In this document: in pieces, positions 48,701-58,300 of the stretch
Layout of the letters: every line of letters begins with the position of its first letter
How positions within the stretch are numbered: the first letter of the stretch is position 1
Origin: an uncultured Acidobacteriota bacterium
GTDB taxonomy: Bacteria > Acidobacteriota > Polarisedimenticolia > J045
Length of the DNA stretch: 64,000 nt
Reading direction: 5' to 3'
Assembly (NCBI GenBank): GCA_963702425.1
Contig: CAVPCQ010000012.1
Location: 1 to 64,000 of the forward strand
Program-made: the position numbers and the translations under genes
The notes under the pieces: model-generated
The model's database searches: none
Told to the model about the DNA's origin: nothing
The model's input: the letters and a program-made list of their open reading frames with translations, nothing else

Positions 48701-49399
48701 CGGCCGGCCATCAAGGAAGGCCTCGTACAGCGCAGCAAGCTCGCTGAAGAACAAGTGGAGCGACATGCCGTCGGAGACAATGTGGTGCATGGACACGTGA
48801 AAGATGTGGTCGTCGTCGTCGAGCCGGAGGAGTGCGGCTCGGATCATCGGGCCCTTGCCCAGGTCGAACGAACGCGCGCTCTGCTCGAGGGCAAGGCGCC
48901 TGCCCTCTTCCAGGCGCGTCTCCGCCGGCAGCGAACCGAGATCCTCGAACTGAAGTTCCATCGCTGGTCGTCCGTCGATGACCAGGCGCGGCCTGCCATC
49001 GACCGTCGGGAATCTCGATCGCAGGGTTTCGTGCCGGGTCACGATCGCATCCAGGCTCCGCTGCAGCAGGTCTACACGAAGAGGGCCCCTCAATCGGAGG
49101 TTCCTGGTGATGTTGTAGGTGTGGCTCGCCCCTTCCAGCTGGTCGATGAACCACAGCCTCTGCTGGCCGAACGCCAGCTCAAGCTGCTGGTCTCGCGGAA
49201 TGGGAACCAGGGGGACAGTCTCCCCTGGAGCGTCCGAATCACGTAGAAGCTCGACCAGTTCCCCGCGTTTGGAAGCGATCTCGGCGCGAAGCTCGGCCGT
49301 AAGCGCGCCGGTCGGTGCGCTGTACTTGAGTTGATCGCCCTCGAGCCACAGGCGGATGTCCCTCTTTCGTAGCTCGGCGAGCAGTTGGTGCGTGATCAT
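36734..49399 (-). CDS. Hybrid NRPS-PKS: TubC-type docking, C-A(Asp)-T-E, C-A(Ile/Val/Leu)-T, KS-AT-KR-ACP; no TE
   Basis: N-terminal DIRLWLEGDQLKYSAP docking domain; C HHIVSDG; A code read as DLTKVGHVGK; T GGES; E HHVAVDTVS/EGHGRE; C HHVILDG; A code DAFFLGVTFK; T GGHS; KS TACS/EAHGT/KSNMGH; AT GHSLG; KR GGLTGVG/YSAAN; ACP GGNS. Confidence 0.95.
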   Translation of the reverse strand: MITHQLLAELRKRDIRLWLEGDQLKYSAPTGALTAELRAEIASKRGELVELLRDSDAPGETVPLVPIPRDQQLELAFGQQRLWFIDQLEGASHTYNITRNLRLRGPLRVDLLQRSLDAIVTRHETLRSRFPTVDGRPRLVIDGRPAMELQFEDLGSLPAETRLEEGRRLALEQSARSFDLGKGPMIRAALLRLDDDDHIFHVSMHHIVSDGMSLHLFFSELAALYEAFLDGRPSPLPELELQYADYAQWQREMLQGPYLERDLKYWRTLLGVDLPSVDLPMDRPRPTSQSHRGGTEMVTLSVDETASLRELCQRRGVTSFMMLLAAFKVLLWRSSGQTDLVIGTPISGRSHRKVEGLIGFFVNNLVLRTNLAGDPTFPELLGRVRQVVLGAFARPDVPFEKLVEELRPERDLGRNPLFQILFNHLELDQKGSEGRLGPVQVQMLGSDLDFARFDLSIHCIESRERVVIRIEYARDLFDAETVQRLLKHYRYLLLQIGQNEDRPISQLQLMDESERQQLLVDWNRTERDLPSDRCVPQLFQDWARTRPDAPAVVFEGCALSYAELDTRARTLACRLRALGVGSNDRVALYFDRSLEMIEGLMGVLASGAAYVPLDPVYPGERIRFMLEDSGAKVVLTHSSRASDLPAGIPHVICLDGDPEPEAAGHGRQSLPDAEPENLAYVMYTSGTTGRPKGVQIEHRQLLNYAEAVLERLDVPPGSHFATVSTLAADLGNTSIFGALCSGGCLHVMSEERIGNGDAFADYMRANAVDCVKIVPSHLEALLTAAASPAHVLPRRLLVVGGEVCSWGLVERVQSLAPWCAILNHYGPTETTVGVLTHRVSPGDRERYPWGPPVGRPIANTKVYLLGSDGEPVAVGVAGELHVGGASVARGYLNRPEETEEKFVRHPVADGRLYKTGDLARYSADGVLHFLGRKDDQVKVRGFRIELGEIESHLDLHAEVDASAVVVHRDGDGPKRLVAYVACSASPPPTPSDLREYLRKRLPDYMVPAAFLVLERLPLTPNGKLDRAALPGPEFGRDDADKGYAAPRNAAEQTLARIWSEVLRVDKIGVHDDFFELGGESILSIQIVSRANQAGLRLKPRDLFENPTIAALAAVAGSVPTVLAEQGTVTGELPLTPIQHRWFESRPDEPDHYNYGRMLEIREQVAPEILRRACEALIEHHDVLRLRFRRAGDAWAQEIVADAGPTPFSYVDLSGVPDSELRATLRAHADRLQTGLSLERGPVINVGQFRLGRGRPDHLLIAIHHVAVDTVSLMILIEDLQTACRQLRAGEEIRLPQKTTSLRDWSHRLASYADSDAALAQREYWLRLADAAPAPLPVDRAPDETAGRLADGGVVRAQLERHQTTALLQAVPAAYRTRINDVLMAALAQSLSEWAGSQKVLVNLEGHGREDLFEDVDTSRTVGWFTSVYPVLIDLGGARGIAAVLTAVKEQLRSLPSNGVGWGILRYLSGDERIKGTLRSLPVGQIGFNYLGQDDRTFANDSLFARASEPAGSQVSPRNRRHHLLDVTAVVEDGRLQVNWIFDERIHDRATVQALADRFNSVLQEIIEHCATREFTTYTPSDFPLARLSQTELDRIQARYRPLGIEDIYVLSPLQEGMLYHTLVEPDSATYTSQLALTLVGDLVPDHMRAAWQDVLRWQPVLRTAFVVENVETFHQVVCRDVELEWSEDDWSALEPDTLEERLDSVADLDRRRGFDLGTPPLMRVRLIRIGVDTFRLIWTHHHVILDGWSLPLLLNGVLGAYSSRRAGRSTDLDPGRPFSDYVRWLQRQDRSTAEAYWRDRLAGWYEPTPLPTVCQGLPPDVSVRPARASTLLSEEASAKVAEFARRHRLTVNTLVQGAWSLLLSRYSGTDDVLFGVTVSGRASELPGVERIMGLFINTLPMRVQTNDQPILEWLEGIQAQQTEMQQHEYTPLYEIRSWSNVRGATQLFDSLLVYENYPMDVQSSLAASSLRITEGRDVSYANYPLALVVHPGRRLSAELRYDARRFAADAPEQLLRHFGRLLEQIAEPAIRRLDQISMIAPAEKQRRAVEWNDTTREYPSGVCVHTLFERCAEDSPDAVAVLYEGRSVTYGELDRLSNRLANRLIGRGVGPEIMVAVFAERGVDMIVAILAVLKAGGAYVPLDTGYPKQRLEFMLEDTAAPVLLTQSHLTEQLPAYHGVMICLDTDWPGIASESDARPRAAATADSLAYVIYTSGSTGKPKGVSVCHRSIVRLVRNTDYIQLGPSDRIAQASNASFDAATFEIWGALLNGAQLIGLGPDIVLSPRRFSAELRERGITVLFLTTALFNQLTVEAPGSCRALRYLLFGGEAVDPARVRAVLEDGPPENLLHVYGPTENTTFSTWYPVREVPEDAVTVPIGLPIANSTCFILDQAFEPCPPGVLGELFVGGDGLARGYLSRPELTAQRFVDVDTGGPRPVRLYRTGDLVRRLASGDIEFIGRSDNQVKLRGFRIELGEVEAALVQRPEVRDAVVMCLDDGQGDKYLAAYVVSSTGREPSRADLRAALCETMPEYMVPSVFVFLDALPLTPNGKVDRRALPAPATDRVSEEAYVAPRSEIEERIAAIWRGVLGVETVGVRDNFFDLGGHSLRLLQVHRRLIDELGRDVPVTDLFQYPTVEGLASHLSGDEDPVPGLHASAETRLARRGADRGNAIAVIAMAGRFPGARDVETFWDNLRDGVESVRFFTDEELRTAGIPEHLLAHPKFVKARAILDDVEFFDARFFGYSPREAELLDPQQRVFLECAWEVLERAGYDPERYAGMIAVYAGMTTSSYAMNLQSQPGLLSSVGGMQWTLSVDKDFIATRVSYDLNLRGPSMTVQTACSTGLVAVHEACRSLLDHQCDIALAGGVCIQIPVVNGYMYESGGIRAADGHNRTFDARADGTVSGSGSAVIALKRLEDALADGDQVHAVIRGTAVNNDGSSKVGFTAPSVEGQAAAIALAQASAGVDPESISYVEAHGTATALGDPIEVAALTKVFRERTAKRAFCGLGSLKSNMGHLNEAAGVAGLIKTVLAMEHGQLPPSLHFESPNPNIDFDDSPFYVVSELRDWTTPAGVPRRAGVSAFGLGGTNAHAILEEAPALDASGPSRPCQLLMLSAKSREALDEAGVRLSDHLERNSDVNLADAAYTLQVGRREFRHRRAVLCRDGADAVQALRGGAADRVWTRHAPERAPSVVFMFPGHGHQHMDMGRELYETETVFRETVDEGLHYLRDEIDFDLRSCLYPAEADPADAAVLLDRPTIFQPAVFLVDYAMARLWQSWGIEPAACIGHSLGEYVAACVSGVLSYQDALRVVALRGRLMEKSPDGAMLSIPLPEDRVRALLQREEGIWLSAVNAPSLCLVSGDPKRIEAFEERLTRDGVECSRVAATHAYHSGLMESGVGPLVEAVGKAKLGSLRIPFVSNLTGDWITESEARSPEYWGLHLREPVRFAEGMERILRMPDQVLLEVGPGQIMTSLARMHDACDPNKVLISSMRHPKAEVSDAAVLMGALARLWTVGVSVDWCGFYRAESRRRVTLPTYPFQRQRFWIDRLDKSVERGEGSPGLRRNIADWYYARTWRRTSLSGERPLTASDRPAETRCVVFADGSDFARRCLERLQADGRRVFEVTTGPRYERTGDRITLDPRSQDDYHRLVGDLARDGGFPGLAVHLWGTTPASDAIRNDDALAEELQYLGYFSLFFLVRALADAEASSGLRIFAVTEGVHDVTGAESICAEKATILGPVRVIGHEFAKVSCRNVDFSAEDLRLQVPEAVDALIREIDGAAADADSDPVVAYRSGRRWLESFSPVHLSKPDGDLTPRLRERGTYLISGGLTGVGYVLANCLAEWCHANLVLVGRTPLPDRSEWEQHLNGDKTDPVSRRIRTVQTLEANGAQVMAVAADVSDPVQMRNVLREARSRFGSIHGVVHAAGVTAGGLLAIQSPDRPWLSFGPKLLGTRVLESLLSQEQLDFFVLCSSLNAVKGVPGVADYSAANAYLDAFARSHAASTGRFCVSVNWNRWREVGMAVEAAGVPLPEAQGISNREGGEVFRRILAGAEEPNVLVSETDLSLLLQSARPQRYRLPTAVESPDLEESEMVEAPAGRHRHPRPDLPTDYVPPETPTEIILAEIWSEVLGIDRVGVNDSFLELGGNSLVMVKVMEALETRAGMKVNLRALFHQTLGQIASTCDAKVAEVEPAPAGRTGRSVLSALGRLVAPRDRRGRPRN
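36960..41820 (-). repeat. Copy 1 of a ~4.9-kb duplicated A10-T-KS-AT-KR-ACP segment
   Basis: Near-identical DNA and protein to 49590-54450 at an offset of about 12.63 kb. Confidence 0.9.
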
Positions 49400-52300
49400 A
49401 GGGTTCCCTCTTCACGACTTTCGCTCTCACCGACCGTGGCGCAGGACTGCCCTTCCTTCGCCCACATGAGACCATCGATGTGTTTGGCAAGCTCCCCGAT
49501 AGTGAGCATGAGGAACAACTTGTGGAGCTGGAGCTCGACCTTGAGGGTCTCGCGAACCCGCGACAGGACCTTGATCGCCACCAGTGAGCTGCCGCCGAGT
49601 TCGAGGAAGTTGTCGTTGACTCCGATGCCGTCGATCCCGAGAACCGCGGACCAGATCTCCGCGAGCGCCAGCTCGGTCTGTGTCTCCGGTGGAACGAAGT
49701 CCGTCGGAAGCTCGGGGCGCGGGTAGAGATGGCGCCCGCTCGGTGCCTCGGCCGTCTCGCGCTCCTGCTTGTCGGTGGACTCAGACCCGGCGGGGAGTTG
49801 GTAGCGCTGGGACCGAGCGGACCGAAGCAGGAGCGGAAGGTCGGTCTCGGACACCAGGACGTTCGGCTCTTCCGCGCCGCGCAGGATCCGGCGGAACACC
49901 TCTCCACCTTCCTGGTTGGAGATGCCCTGACCCTCCGGAAGCGGTGCTCCTGCGGCCTCCACCGCCATACCGACTTCACGCCAGCGACTCCAGTTCACGG
50001 AGACGCAGAAGCGACCGGTACTCGCCGCGTGGCACCGGGCGAATGCATCGAGGTAGGCGTTCGCCGCCGAGTAGTCCGCCACGCCGGGTACGCCGATGAC
50101 GGTATTGAGGGACGAGCAGACTACGAAGAAGTCCAGGCGTTCCTGGCTCAGCGAGCGTTCCAGGACGCGAGCTCCCATCAGCTTCGGCCCGAAACTGAAC
50201 CACGGTCTGTCCGGAGACTGGATTGCCATGAGGCCGCCCGCCGTAACGCCGGCCGCATGGACCACCCCGTGAATCGGACCGAAATGGGTCCTTGCGTCCT
50301 TCAGCACCTTCTGCATCTCAACCGGATCGGACACGTCCGCAGCGCATGCCATGACCTGCGCACCGCTCGCCTCCAGAGACTGCACCGCGCGTATCCGGCG
50401 GCTCACGGACTCGTCGTTTCCGTCTCCACGGAGGTATTCCGCCCACTCCGATCTGTCCGGCAACGGAGTTCGGCCCACGAGCACGAGGTTCGCGTGGCAC
50501 CATTCGGCCAGGCAGTTCGCCAGAACGAGTCCGACGCCGGTCAAGCCACCGGTGACGAGATATGTTCCACGCTCCCGCAGGCGGGCCGTCGAGTCGCCTT
50601 TTGGCTCGACCAGGCGCACGGGCGAAAACGACTCGACCCAACGGCGTCCGTTGCGATAGGCGACCACGGCGTCGGAGTCGGTGTCGGCCGCGGCGCCGTC
50701 GATCTCGCGAATCAGCGCGTCCACCGCATCCGGCGCGCGCCGTTGCAGGTCGTCTGCCGAGAAGTCGACGTTCCGGCAGGACACCTTCGTGAACTCGTGG
50801 TCGATCACTCGAACCGCGCCGAGGACCGTCGCCTTTTCGGCGCAGATGGACTCGGCGCCCGTCACGTCGTGCACGCCCTCCGTGACGGCGAAGATGCGCA
50901 GTCCGTTCGAGGCTTCCGCGTCCGCCAACGCCCGCACCAGGAAGAACAGGCTGAAGTAGCCGCGGTACTGCACCTCGTCAACCAGCGCATCCTCCTGGCG
51001 CAGGGAGGCCGGAGCGGGCGTGGTGCCCCAGAGGTGAACGGCGAGTCCGGGGCAACCGTCGTCCCGCGCCAGGTCGCCGACGAGCCGCTGATAGTCGGCC
51101 TGCGACCTCGGATCGAGGGTGATCCTGTCGCCCGTCCGCTCGTAGCGCGCGCCGGTCGTCACCTCGAACACCTGTCGGCCGTCGGCCTTGAGTCTCTCCA
51201 CGCACCGCCGCGCGAAGTCCGAGCCGTCTCCAAAGACCACGCAGCGGGCCTCAGCGCCTCGGTCCGAGGCCGTCGAGGGACCGCCTTCGGAGAGACTCGT
51301 CCGCCGCCAGAACCTCGTGTAGTACCAATCGGCGATGTTCCTTCTCGGACCCAGGGAACCCGCGACTCGTTCGACCGGCTTCCTGACCCGGTCGATCCAG
51401 AAGCGCTGCCGCTGGAACGGGTACGTGGGCAGCGTCACGCGGCGGCGAGACTCATCCCGGTAGAAGCCCGGCCAGGACAACCGGCCTCCCGCCGTCCAGA
51501 GGCGAGCGACGGCACCCATGACCACCGCCGCATCCGAGACCTCCGCCTTCGGATGACGCATCGACGAGATCAGAACCCTGCCGGGATCGCACGCGTCATG
51601 CATGCGCGCCAGTGAGGTCATGATCTGGCCGGGACCGATCTCGAGGAGGATCTGATCTGGCATCTTCAGGATCCGCTCCATCCCCTCGGCGAAGCGAACC
51701 GGCTCCCGGAGGTGGAGTCCCCAGTATTCGGGACTCCGGGCCTCCGACTCCGTGATCCAGTCGCCCGTCAGGTTGGACATGAACGGAATGCCCAACGAGC
51801 CGAGTGCCGCCTTCCCGACGGCGTCTACGAGCGGTCGCACACCCCCCTCCATCAGCCCGGAGTGGTACGCGTGCGTGGCGGCCACGCGGCTGCACTCCAC
51901 ACCGTCCCGCGTCAGACGCTCCTCGAACACTGCGATCCGCGTCGGGTCGCCGGAAACGAGACACAGCGACGGAGCATTGACCGCGGACAGCCAGATCCCC
52001 TCCTCGTTCTCCAGCAAGGCACGGACATGGTCTTCGTCGAACGGGATCGACAGCATCGCGCCGTCGGGAGACTTCTCCATCAGGCGGCCACGAAGCGACA
52101 CGATCCGCAGCGCATCCCGGTAACTCAGCACACCGGACACGCACGCGGCCACGTACTCCCCCAGGCTGTGGCCGATGCAGGCGACCGGCTCGACACCCCA
52201 CGACTGCCAGAGTTTCGCCATCGCGTAGTCGACGAGAAACAGCGCGGGCTGGAAGATCGTCGGACGGTCCAGCACGGCCGCCGGATCGGCGCTGTCGGCC

Positions 52301-55300
52301 TCGGCCGGATAGAGGAAGCCCTGCAGGTCGAAGTCGAGCTCGTCCCGAAGGTACTCGAGCCCCTCGTCGACCACGTCGCGGAATACCGCTTCGGTCTCGT
52401 ACAGCTCGCGGCCCATGTCCATGTGTTGATGGCCGTGGCCCGGGAACATGAACACGACGGACGGTGCGCGCTCCGGCGCGTGCCTGGTCCAGACCCGCTC
52501 GGCGGCACCGCCGCGCAGCGCTTGAACGGCTTCGCTCGCGTCGCGGCAGAGCACCGCCCGCCGATGCCGGAACTCCCCGCGCCCGACCTGCAGCGTATAC
52601 GCCACGTCGGCCAGGTTCAGGTCGCTATGTCCTTCGAGATGGCTGGCGAGGCTCGTCGCGGCCACGTCGAGAGCCTCTCGGCTCTTGGCCGACAGCATCA
52701 ACAGTTGGCACGGCCTCGACGGCCCCGTCGCGTCCAGCGCCGGCGCCTCTTCCAGGATCGCGTGGGCGTTCGTGCCGCCCAAGCCGAACGCACTGACGCC
52801 CGCCCGACGCGGCACGCCGGAGGGCGTCGTCCAGTCCCGAAGCTCTGACACCACGTAGAACGGGCTGTCGTCGAAGTCGATATTCGGATTCGGGTTATCG
52901 AAGTGCAGGCTCGGCGGCAGCTGGCCATGTTCCATCGCAAGGACCGTCTTGATCAGCCCCGCCACGCCCGCGGCTTCGCTGAGGTGTCCCATGTTCGACT
53001 TCAGGGAACCCAGGCCGCAGAACGCGCGTTTCGCGGTCCGCTCGCGGAAGACCTTCGTCAGAGCGGCGACCTCAATCGGGTCCCCCAGGGCTGTCGCCGT
53101 GCCGTGAGCCTCGACATAGGAGATGGACTCCGGATCGACTCCTGCGGACGCCTGGGCCAGCGCGATCACCGCGGCCTGGCCTTCGACGCTGGGGGCGGTG
53201 AAACCGACCTTGGCCGAACCGTCGTTGTTGACCGCGGTCCCGCGAATGACGGCGTGGATCTGGTCACCGTCGGCCAGCGCGTCCTCCAGCCGTTTGAGCG
53301 CGACGACGGCAGAGCCGCTGCTGGCCACAGTCCCGTCAGCGCGGGCGTCGAACGTCCGATTGTGTCCGTCGGCGGACAGAATCCCGCCGGGTTCGTACAC
53401 GACACCGTTCACAACGGGAACCCCGATGCAGACGCCGCCGGCCAAGGCGATGTCGCAGCCATGATCCAGAAGTGATCGGCACGCTTCGTGAACCGCTACC
53501 AGGCTGGTTGAGCATGCGGTCTGAACGGTCATGCTCGGCCCGCGCAGGTTGAGATCGTACGACACGCGCGTCGCGAGATAGTCCTTGTCGACGGATAACG
53601 AGGACTGCATGCCCCCGGCCGACGACATGAGTTCGGGCTGGGACTGCAGGTTCATCACGTACGAGCTCGTGTTCATCCCTGCATAGACCGCGATCATCCC
53701 CTCGTACCGACCCGGATCGTAGCCGGCGCGCTCGAGGACCTCCCAAGAGCATTCCAGGAAGACCCGCTGCTGGGGGTCCATCAGCTCGGCCTCCCGGGGG
53801 GAGTACCCGAAGAACCGGGCGTCGAAGAGATCGATGTCGTCCAGGACGGCCCGCGTCCTGACGAATCTCGGGTGCGTCACGAGGTGCTCCGGTAGTCCGG
53901 CCGCCCTCAACTCCTCGTCCGTGAATGACCGTACGCACTCCACTCCGTCCCTGAGATTCTCCCAGAACCTCTCGACGTCCGCGGCACCGGGAAAGCGGCC
54001 CGCCATCGCGATCACCGCGACCGCGTTGCCGTGAGCCGCTCCGCGCCGGGCGAGCCGGGACTTGGCGCTCGTGTGTAGTCCGGGAGCCGTGTCCCGCTTC
54101 CCGCTCAGGTGGTTCGCGAGCCCCTCCACGGTGGGATACTCGAAGAGGTCGGTGACCGGCAGATCCCTCCCCAACTCCTCGACCAGCCGCCGGTGGACCT
54201 GCAGCAGACGCAGCGAATGCCCCCCCAGGTCGAAGAAGTTGTCCCGGGCCCCAACGGATTCGACGCCGAGCACGCTACGCCAGATCGCTGCAATCTTCTC
54301 TTCGATCTCGCTCCGCGGGGCGACGTACGCTTGCTCCGACGGTCGGCCCACGACGGGTGCGGGAAGCGCGCGGCGGTCGACCTTCCCATTCGGGGTGAGC
54401 GGCAGCGCGTCGAGAATCACGAACGCCGACGGCACCATGTACTCGGGAAGCCGACGCCGCAGGAACTCCCGAAGCCGCGCCGGAGTTGCTTCTCCGCGGG
54501 CACGCTCCACCACGTACGCGACCAGGTGGCGCCCGTCTCCTTCACCGCACACCATCGCGGCGGCTTGCTCGATGTCCGGTTGCTCGACGAGCACCGACTC
54601 GATTTCGCCGAGTTCGATCCGGAAGCCGCGCAACTTGACCTGATGGTCGATCCGGCCCATGAACTCGATGTTGCCGTCGGCTCGGTAGCGAGCGAGGTCC
54701 CCTGTTCTGTACAGCCGCGCATCCGGCTCGCTACGGAAGGGATCGGGCACGAACTTCTCGGCTGTCTGCTCGGGGCGGCTCAGATATCCCCGCGCGACGC
54801 CCTCTCCTCCGATGTAGAGCTCCCCCGGAATGCCGATGGGGACGGGTTGTTGTTGCGGGTCCAGAATGTAGACCTGGGTGTTGGCGTTCGGCCTCCCGAC
54901 CGGAGGCCCCCAGGGAAAGCGCTCGCGCTCGCTCAGACGCACTCGATGGCTCACGACCCCGACGGTCGTCTCGGTCGGGCCGTATTCATTCACGATCGCG
55001 CACGATCGCGAAAGGTGCTGCACCCGCTCCACCAGTGCCCACGAGCAGATTTCCCCACCGACAACGAGCATTCGCCTCGGCAGGACGTCCGCGGGGTTGG
55101 CCGCAGCAGCAAGCAGGGCTTCGAGATGCGACGGCACGATCTTCACGCAGTCGACTGCCTTTGCCTTCATGTATTCCGCAAACGCGCCGCCGTTCCTTAT
55201 GCGTTCCTCGGACATCACGTGGAGACACCCGCCGCTGCAGAGCGCGCCGAAGATCGGCGTATTGCCAAGATCTGCCGCCAGGGTGGAGACCGTCGCGAAG

Positions 55301-58300
55301 TGGGCACCCTGCGGGAGCTTCAACAGATCGAGGACGCCCAGGGTGTAGTTCAGGAGCTGCCGGTGCTCGATCTGCACACCCTTGGGCCGTCCCGTCGAGC
55401 CGGAGGTGTAGATGACGTAGGCCAGATTGTCTGGGTCGACGCCGCTTCCGGGATTGGCCTCGCTCTCCTTATCGATGTCACTGCCGTCTCGGTCCAGGCA
55501 GATGACCTCGGCCGCGTGCTCCGGGAGATTGTCGAGGTGATCGCGCCCGGTGATCAGCACCCTCACTGCGGTGTCTTCCAGCACGAATGCGATCCGGTCG
55601 GCGGGCTCCGTCAGATCAAGGGGCACGTAAGCGCCGCCAGCCTTGAGGACACCAAGGAGCCCCACCACCATGTCCAAGGAGCGCTCCACGAAGATGCCCA
55701 CGAGTACCTCGGGGCCTACCCCGCGTTTCCTCAGGTAGTGGGCGAGCTGGTTGGCCCGCGCGTTGAGCTCCTGGTAGGAGAGCGTCTGGTCTTCGAACGC
55801 CACCGCCGCCGCCGCCGGCGTTCGCTCGACATGCTCCTCGAACAAGCGGTCGACCGTCTTGTCGCGGGGGTACGCCGTCCTCGTTTCGTTCCACTCGACG
55901 ATGGCCCGATCACGGTGGCCCGGGTCGAGGAGCGGAAGCTCGGAAAGCCGCGTTTCCGGGTTGCTGACGGCACCCTCGAGCAGCGTCGTCAGATGCGCCG
56001 CCATACGCTCCACGGTGGAGGCGTCGAACAGGTCAACGTTGTAGGAGAAGACCCCCCTGATTCCGGTGGGATGCTCGTGGAGATACAGTTCCAGGTCGAA
56101 ACGCGCGGTATGGGCCTCCACCGGGTAGTCCCCGATCACGACGCCCGGCAGCTGCAGCTCGATCCGAGGTACGTTCTGCATCGCGAACACCGTCTGGTAG
56201 AGCGGCGTCCGCGCCAGGTCGCGCTCCGGGTTCAACTCGTGAACCAGCCGCTCGAACGGCAGGTCCTGGTGGTCGTAGGCATCCAGCGACAGCTGCTGGA
56301 CCCGTCGCAATACTTCGGAGAACGTCGGGTTGCCTGAGAGGTCCGCACGCAACACCACGCTATTGACAAAGAAGCCGATCAGGTCTTCGATCTCCGATCT
56401 CGTACGGTTCGCGATCGGAGAACCGACGACAATATCCTCCTGGCCCGTGTAGCGCGACAGCAGCGCCTGGTACGCCGCCAGCAGGACCATTGCGACGGTG
56501 ACGCCTTCCTTGCGCGCGAGGCGCGAAACCGCATCGGACAACTCACGTGATAGTGCCAGCCGATGGGACGCGCCACGGAAGGTCTGAACCGGGGGCCGGG
56601 GACGATCGGTGGGCAGGTTCAAGACCGGGAGACCTTTGCCCAGCTTGTCCTTCCAGTACGACAGCTGGCGGTCCGCCAACTCGCCCTGCAGGCGTTCGTT
56701 CTGCCACACCGCGAAGTCTGCGTACTGCACGGTCAGTTCCGGCAGCCGGGGCGGCTCACCGGTCCGTCGCGCGCCGTACAGCGCAGCGAGGTCCCGCGCC
56801 AGCAACCCCATCGACCACCCGTCGCACACGATGTGGTGCATGCTCAACAAGAGCACGTATTCGTCGCTGCCCAGTTCGATCAGCCTCGCCCGAATCAGCG
56901 GGCCGACAGTGAGATCGAAGGCCTTGCCCGCATCCCGATCGATCAAGGCCTGGATCGCAAGGTCACGTTCGGACCGCCTGACGCTGGAAAGGTCGCTGAC
57001 CTCGAGCGTCAAGTCCACATTCTCGTCGATGACCTGGCAGGGCTGCCCATCCCGTACAACGAAGCGGGTGCGCAACGCTTCGTGCCTTCGGGTGAGGTCT
57101 CGCAGGCTTCCCTCGAGCGAATCGCGATCGAGCGTGCCGCTCAGGCGGTAGGCGCGGTGAATGTTGTACGCCCCGGCGGACCCCATCTGGTCGAGCACCC
57201 AGAGACGCTGCTGCCCGGGCGACAGCTCGAGAGTGGCGCCACGCGGCCGCGGGACGAGATCGGGAACCGATGCGCCCTCGCGGCGCAGGCGCTCGATCTC
57301 AGCGGCCAGCTTCGCGACCGTCGGCCGATCGAACAGCGCGCGCAGCGGGAGCTCGACTTTCAGAGCATCGCGTACTCGGGACACCAGCTGGGTAGCCATC
57401 AGCGAGTGACCGCCCAACTGGAAGAAATCGTCGTGGATCCCCGGGTCGTGCACTCCGAGGATTTCGGACCAGATGCCGACCAGGGCCTCCTCCAGCGGGC
57501 CGCGCGGCGCGACGTAGTGATCCCGCATTTCGAGCGGCGCGTACTCGGCCGCCTCGAGGGCCTTGCGATGGACCTTGCCGCTGGGCGTCAGCGGAACCTC
57601 GGACACCACGGAGAACGCCGCGGGAATCATGTATTCGGGAACGCGCTCGGCCAGGAACTGCCGGAGCTCCCCGGCAGTAATGACCCGGCTCGGCTGCGGC
57701 AGAATGTACGCGACCAGGCGGCGATCTCCGGGGCGGTCCTCGCGGATGACCGCAACGGCCTGCCGCACGTCCGGATGTTCGGAGAGCCGCGACTCTACCT
57801 CGCCCAGTTCGACGCGGAAGCCACGCAGCTTGACTTGGTCGTCGATCCGTCCGAGGAACCGGATCTCTCCGTCCGACTCGAAGCTCGTCAGATCACCCGT
57901 GCGGTACATGCGCGCATCTTCGTCGTCGGCGAACGGGTCGCGCACGAACCTCCTGGCCGTCAGGTCATCGTCGTACAGGTAGCCGCGCGCCAGGGCCTTG
58001 CCGCCGATGTAGAGTTCCCCCGGAACTCCCACCGGTACCGGCTGAAGCCGATTGTCGAGGATGTAGAGCCGTACGTTCGAGATCGGCCGTCCGATCCCGG
58101 GGAGGAGGGGCCACTCGCGCGGGTTGCCCGACAATCTCAGCGCCGACACCACGTGGCACTCCGTAGGCCCGTACTGGTTGTCGAGAGTGCTGCCGGGAAT
58201 CCGCTCAAAGAACGCCGCTACGGCAGGCGTGATCTGCAACTGCTCGCCCGCCGTGATCACCTCGGACAGCTGCTCCGGAACGCGACCGGCCTTGATCGCG

